DNA of 64,000 nucleotides from Macrostomum lignano (Eukaryota): NCBI GenBank assembly GCA_002269645.1, contig NIVC01003819.1, positions 11,348 to 75,347 of the forward strand, read 5' to 3'. Shown piece by piece: positions 59,537 to 64,000 of this stretch (position 1 is its first letter; each line of letters starts with the position of its first letter). The notes under the pieces were generated by a model. It saw only the letters and a program-made list of their open reading frames with translations, ran no database searches and was not told where the DNA came from. The position numbers and the translations under genes were made by a program.

Positions 59537-62500
59537 TTTATTTATGATTTTAAAAGCAAGAATAAGAGTACAAATTATCTGAAATTGAAATATTTTATGG
59601 TAAAATATGTTACTAAAAATACAATTGAATACTTTGCATCAGCATCATATAAAGTAAATAATATTGAAGATAAAAATTTTGATCCTAACTAGTATAAATT
59701 TATCTTTAATCTAATTGCAAAAATAGCATATTAATTGCTATGAATAAACTAAATGCCTTGAAAGCATGCCTTGAATGAAATTTTGTTTTGGTATGCAATT
59801 GTCAGGCATAGCATGTAGTTAGAAAGCAAACAAAAATTTCTTTGTTGTGTTTTGTGGTATACACTCAATATGAGCTATTGAAGTATAGTATCTAAACTAT
59901 CAATATAGAATAAAGTCTTATTTAATGAATTATTAGGCAGGCAAATGTTAATCAGTAGGCCTAGTAACATATTTTTATAGCAAAGCTAGATGTCATGGTA
60001 TTAAATGATTCTTTAATTTCAATATGCCAACTGAACTATACATTAGAAGAAGCTTTTGCAAGAGAACCTAAAAATTATTTTATTAAGAGTATATACAATG
60101 CATACAATAGATATATTATAAACTGATAAATGATACAATAATAACTAATAATAATAAATTGATAAAATTGATGACTTGATATAATAATATACATTGGTTC
60201 ATATCAATCTTCATCTTCTATCTTTGGTGCAAACTCAACAAAGACCATTGCAAGCTATAATTTTAAATAGGAAATACTAATGGAAATGGATGTACAATAG
60301 GCCCTAAATCATTTTAGTTAATACATATACAACAATGGCTTTTAAGTTTATATAAACATTATTGCAGGAGACTGCAATCTATACAAAATGTACTACTGCT
60401 AGGCTAAAAAATAGGAAAAAACCTGTCCTGCTGAAAAATAAATTCATTAAGACAGTTAGACTGACTGAGTAAGCCCTACTTCTGAAAGTATAGGTAACAA
60501 GAGCAGGCATGTATCTGTACACAATACTCGCACGCTGACGCTTTCAATGAAACAACAGCAACTTGACTTCTCAACTGACAACTCAAGTTATTAGAATACT
60601 CGGAAATATGAATTAGGAATACTAGCCTGTAAGCCTGTCTCTATACAATACTACAAAGAAGTATGCTCGATCATGTTTTTAATATAAAACTTATTACGTG
60701 AGGTTGCACTGCTTTTTAGGATACCACGGAAAGCAACGTACATGTGATGGAATAATAATAAGCTTATCTGCTCGATCTGCTCGAGAGTTCATGCACCCAT
60801 TGCACCGTCACACGTGTTCCGCTTGCATTATTTCATAGAAAACACAACAGTTGAAACCTATAAAAATAAGTAAAACAAAGAGTACGATTTATTTGAACTA
60901 ATTTGAGTGATTTTTCATAAAGATTAAATGTTTATGAAAAATAATTAATTTTTTTTAAATTTTGCCAATTTACTACCCCTTTAGTGAATTTTTAAATGGG
61001 CATAACGTGTGTCACTTCAATCTCCTTCTTGAGAGGCTCGGTCAGCAATGCGTTCAGGTCTTGGTGTTTGTACAGCAAGACGGTCTCCACGATCGTCTGG
61101 AAGATTTTCAGCCTAGTGCATTCAGTCAGTATATGTATCAGCGTTTAAATGCTGATACATGTATATATGCCATCCCACACGAATGATTGTGTAGGTCGCG
61201 CGTAAAGTGCGGCGCGGGCCTGCTGCGCGTGTGGCAGCTTTGGCACGTGCGATCGAACCGCGCCTCTGCCACCCCCTGCAGCCCGTGACGTGCGCCTAGA
61301 AGGCGAGGACAGTATGAAAATTGAGGAGAGAGCTGAAAACTTTCTCTTCCCGTAAAGTTAAATAAACTCGCAACATCGGTCCGAGAGACTCCCACCGATC
61401 TTTACACTACGGGCCTAAGCTCAGCAGTAGGCTTGTGGCTACGGAAAAATGTAGCCTGAGCATTGAAATTGGTTTTCGTGTGCCATCCTTTGCTGTCGTA
61501 GACAGAAGGTAGTGATACCAAAAAAATAACCGCTACAGTCAGAGCCTCCGTGATGGCAGCACTGCCCGCACAAATCGAAAGGCAGCAGCCTCCGACCCAC
61601 TTTCTCGCGTCTGGCGAGGTCGATGTCGTCCGGGCGCCCATCACGCCCGAGGCCCGCCAAGATAGATGAATCCGATGGAATCTCGGAGCGGCTCATGGCC
61701 ATCAGTGCTAGTATCCTTTAAGCAGAATCTCGATCGCCAAATCAGATAGTGCAGGCAACGTCAGTGCTTCGGTCAATACAGCCAGCTCTCCCTTCCCCTA
61801 GCTCTCCCTTCCCCCAGCTCTCCCTTCCCCAGCTCTCCTTCCCCCAGCTCTTCCTTCCCCCAGCTCTCCCTTCCCCAGCTCTTCCTTCCTCCAGCTCTTC
61901 CTTCCCCCAGCTCTTCCTTCCCCCAGCTCTCCCTTCCCCCAGCTCTCCCTTCCCCCAGCTCTCCCTTCCCCCAGCTCTTCCTTCCCCCAGCTCTCCCTTC
62001 CCCTAGCTCTCCTTTCCCCCAGCTTTCCCTTCCCCAGCTCTCCCTTCCCCCAGCTCTCCCTTCCCCCAGCTCTCCCTTCCCCCAGCTCGATCCCTTCCTC
62101 CAGCTCTGTCTCCCTCCGATAGTGAGATCGGCTACGGTAAAGTCAAGTTAAATTAAAAGGGGCTAGCTGATTGCAAGCCAAAGTACGACAGAGAGACAAA
62201 CAGAAAACTGGAAGAAAGCGCTGCACCAACGCGTTGCTTTCTTTTGTTTAGATTCGCGATCGAAAGGGTTGAGACGACAAACAACTGGATAATATAGCTC
62301 GTACAATATCTCGTGCGTAATTTTGTGTCCAAGTGTCAATTTGAGTACTCGTACAACAAGATCGAGGCACAATTATCGACGGTATTTCAATCACTTTGGT
62401 GCGATATCAAATAGTAGGAAACTACCCCTGCCTTTATCAACCTGTCACTGTGACCGGACTGCAACTGATTTGATGTGTGAATTTATCATCCGGTTGCTGC

Positions 62501-62821
62501 CAAAAGATTTTCTATAAATACAATAACTGTATCATGCCCAACATTTAACTAAAGTAAACAAGCCATAAAGCATTATTTTCAAGCAGTCTACAGCAGCAAC
62601 GAAGAAACAAAAAGGTAAAACTGTCTCTAATTAAAGAGCTATTAGATCGTATTTTCTTTGCCTTTCGATCTCTCTCTGAGTTCGTCTGTTTGTCTGCTTT
62701 TCGTAAGGCAATTTTTAGATTTCACTTTAAACTATAGTTACGCAACATTTCATGGATGCTACACTCCATTATTATAAAGCATTCCAAGCAAGCGAATGCC
62801 TGATCTTCCAATCTCTTCAGA

Positions 62822-63119
62822 ATGAAGTGCGTCTTCCTGATTCTCCTGGGACTGGCGGCCTTCATGGTGCAGCCGTCGGAGCAGAAGGTGAACTGGGGCA
62901 TCTCGGGACATCACGAAGATCATCAACTACGGCCTGAACAAGCTGGACACGATGTTCTCCTGCGCGAAATACGACGGCGTAAGAGGCGCCGGCTGCTGGC
63001 ACAACAACTGGGAGAAGCGCGACCTCATGTGCAAGAGGCTGAGCGCGTGCTGGTCGCGGCGCTGGTCCTACAGCCACAGTCTGCTTGGCGGCCGCTGCTA
63101 CTGCTGCCACTGTCCTTGA
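62822..63119 (+). CDS. Small secreted 8-Cys cationic peptide with one apparent +1 frameshift near 62905 (or a 31-nt intron)
   Basis: Signal-like MKCVFLILLGLAAFMVQPSEQ, then in the +1 frame DITKIINYGLNKLDTMFSCAKYDGVRGAGCWHNNWEKRDLMCKRLSACWSRRWSYSHSLLGGRCYCCHCP*. Confidence 0.6.
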
Positions 63120-63394
63120 ACTCGCTGTCCTTGGATTACATTCTGTGGGTGTCGTAATGACAGGCAATTAAAAAGCAAATATACCTAAATAGGTCAGCCT
63201 GCAAACCTGCGGCATTGTAAGCAGTGGCTAACAGCATTGAGTCTCATATTTTTGCATATTAATTAACAGCATGCAATTAATGCGATGAATCCATTAGCGA
63301 TAGTTAATCATGATTAGTGAATGCGTGGTTGATAGTGAATGCATCGGTTAGAGTTATCCTTAAGTTATCTTTAAGGAGCTAAAATCTCATGATA

Positions 63395-63903
63395 GGGAGT
63401 CAGAAATCATAGGGAGTCAGATCATAGAGAGTCAGATCAAAGAGAGTCAGATCATAGAGTCAGATCATAGGGAGTCAGATCATAGGGAGTCAGATCAAGG
63501 GAGTCAGATCATAGGGAGTCAGATCATAGGGAGTCAGATCATAGGGAGTCAGATCATAGGGAGTCAGATCATAGGGAGTCAGATCAAGGGAGTCAGATCA
63601 TAGGGAGTCAGATCATAGGGAGTCAGATCATAGGGAGTCAGATCATAGGGAGTCAGATCATAGGGAGTCAGATCATAGGGAGTCAGATCATAGGGAGTCA
63701 GATCATAGGGAGTCAGATCATAGGGAGTCAGATCATAGGGAGTCAGATCATAGGGAGTCAGATCATAGGGAGTCAGATCATAGGGAGTCAGATCATAGGG
63801 AGTCAGATCATAGGGAGTCAGATCATAGGGAGTCAGATCATAGGAGTCAGATCATAGGGAGTCAGATCATAGGGATCAGATCGATAGGGAGTCAGATCAT
63901 AGG
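63395..63903. repeat. 15-bp minisatellite (GATCATAGGGAGTCA)
   Basis: About 33 units. Confidence 0.93.
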
Positions 63904-64000
63904 CGCCTTCGCAGTCAAAGAAAGCAGGGCACATTGGGGAGCCGCTCTCGCATCGGCAGACGTCGTGCAGAACATGCAGGTCTGACCGTCCGCGGGAGTG

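Noticed and set aside
63903-64000. Possible exon at the window end
   Set aside because: GC-rich and open in some frames, but too short and truncated to assign.

Overview
Eukaryotic (metazoan) genomic DNA with GC-rich exons separated by introns largely filled with mini- and microsatellites. The style suggests a free-living flatworm such as Macrostomum, which is an unverified inference. Host genes rebuilt by hand from GT-AG junctions: (1) the 3' seven exons of cytosolic aconitase/IRP1 (+), with an intronless EcKinase/choline-kinase-like gene nested on the same strand inside one intron; (2) an orphan intronless ORF starting MLSCCC (-); (3) a complete 16-exon Dicer (-, about 1764 aa) with a degenerate helicase and intact RNase III domains; (4) a 4-exon membrane-anchored prolyl-4-hydroxylase-like protein lacking most catalytic ligands (-); (5) a 5-exon DSCC1/DCC1 (-); (6) a frameshifted small secreted Cys-rich peptide gene (+). 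The main finding is a young, full-length Ty3/Gypsy LTR retrotransposon (11642-21275; 833-bp LTRs, TTAT target-site duplication). Downstream of pol, where env would sit, it carries a third ORF encoding a DnaJ (HPD) domain, a chromodomain and an unknown helical domain. In this copy the 3' region is rearranged (a 332-bp tandem duplication plus an inverted duplication), giving a 687-bp inverted repeat able to form long dsRNA. Undoing the rearrangement restores both pol and ORF3 in frame. Also present are CORE-SINEs, a second tRNA-SINE family, a solo LTR and MITEs.
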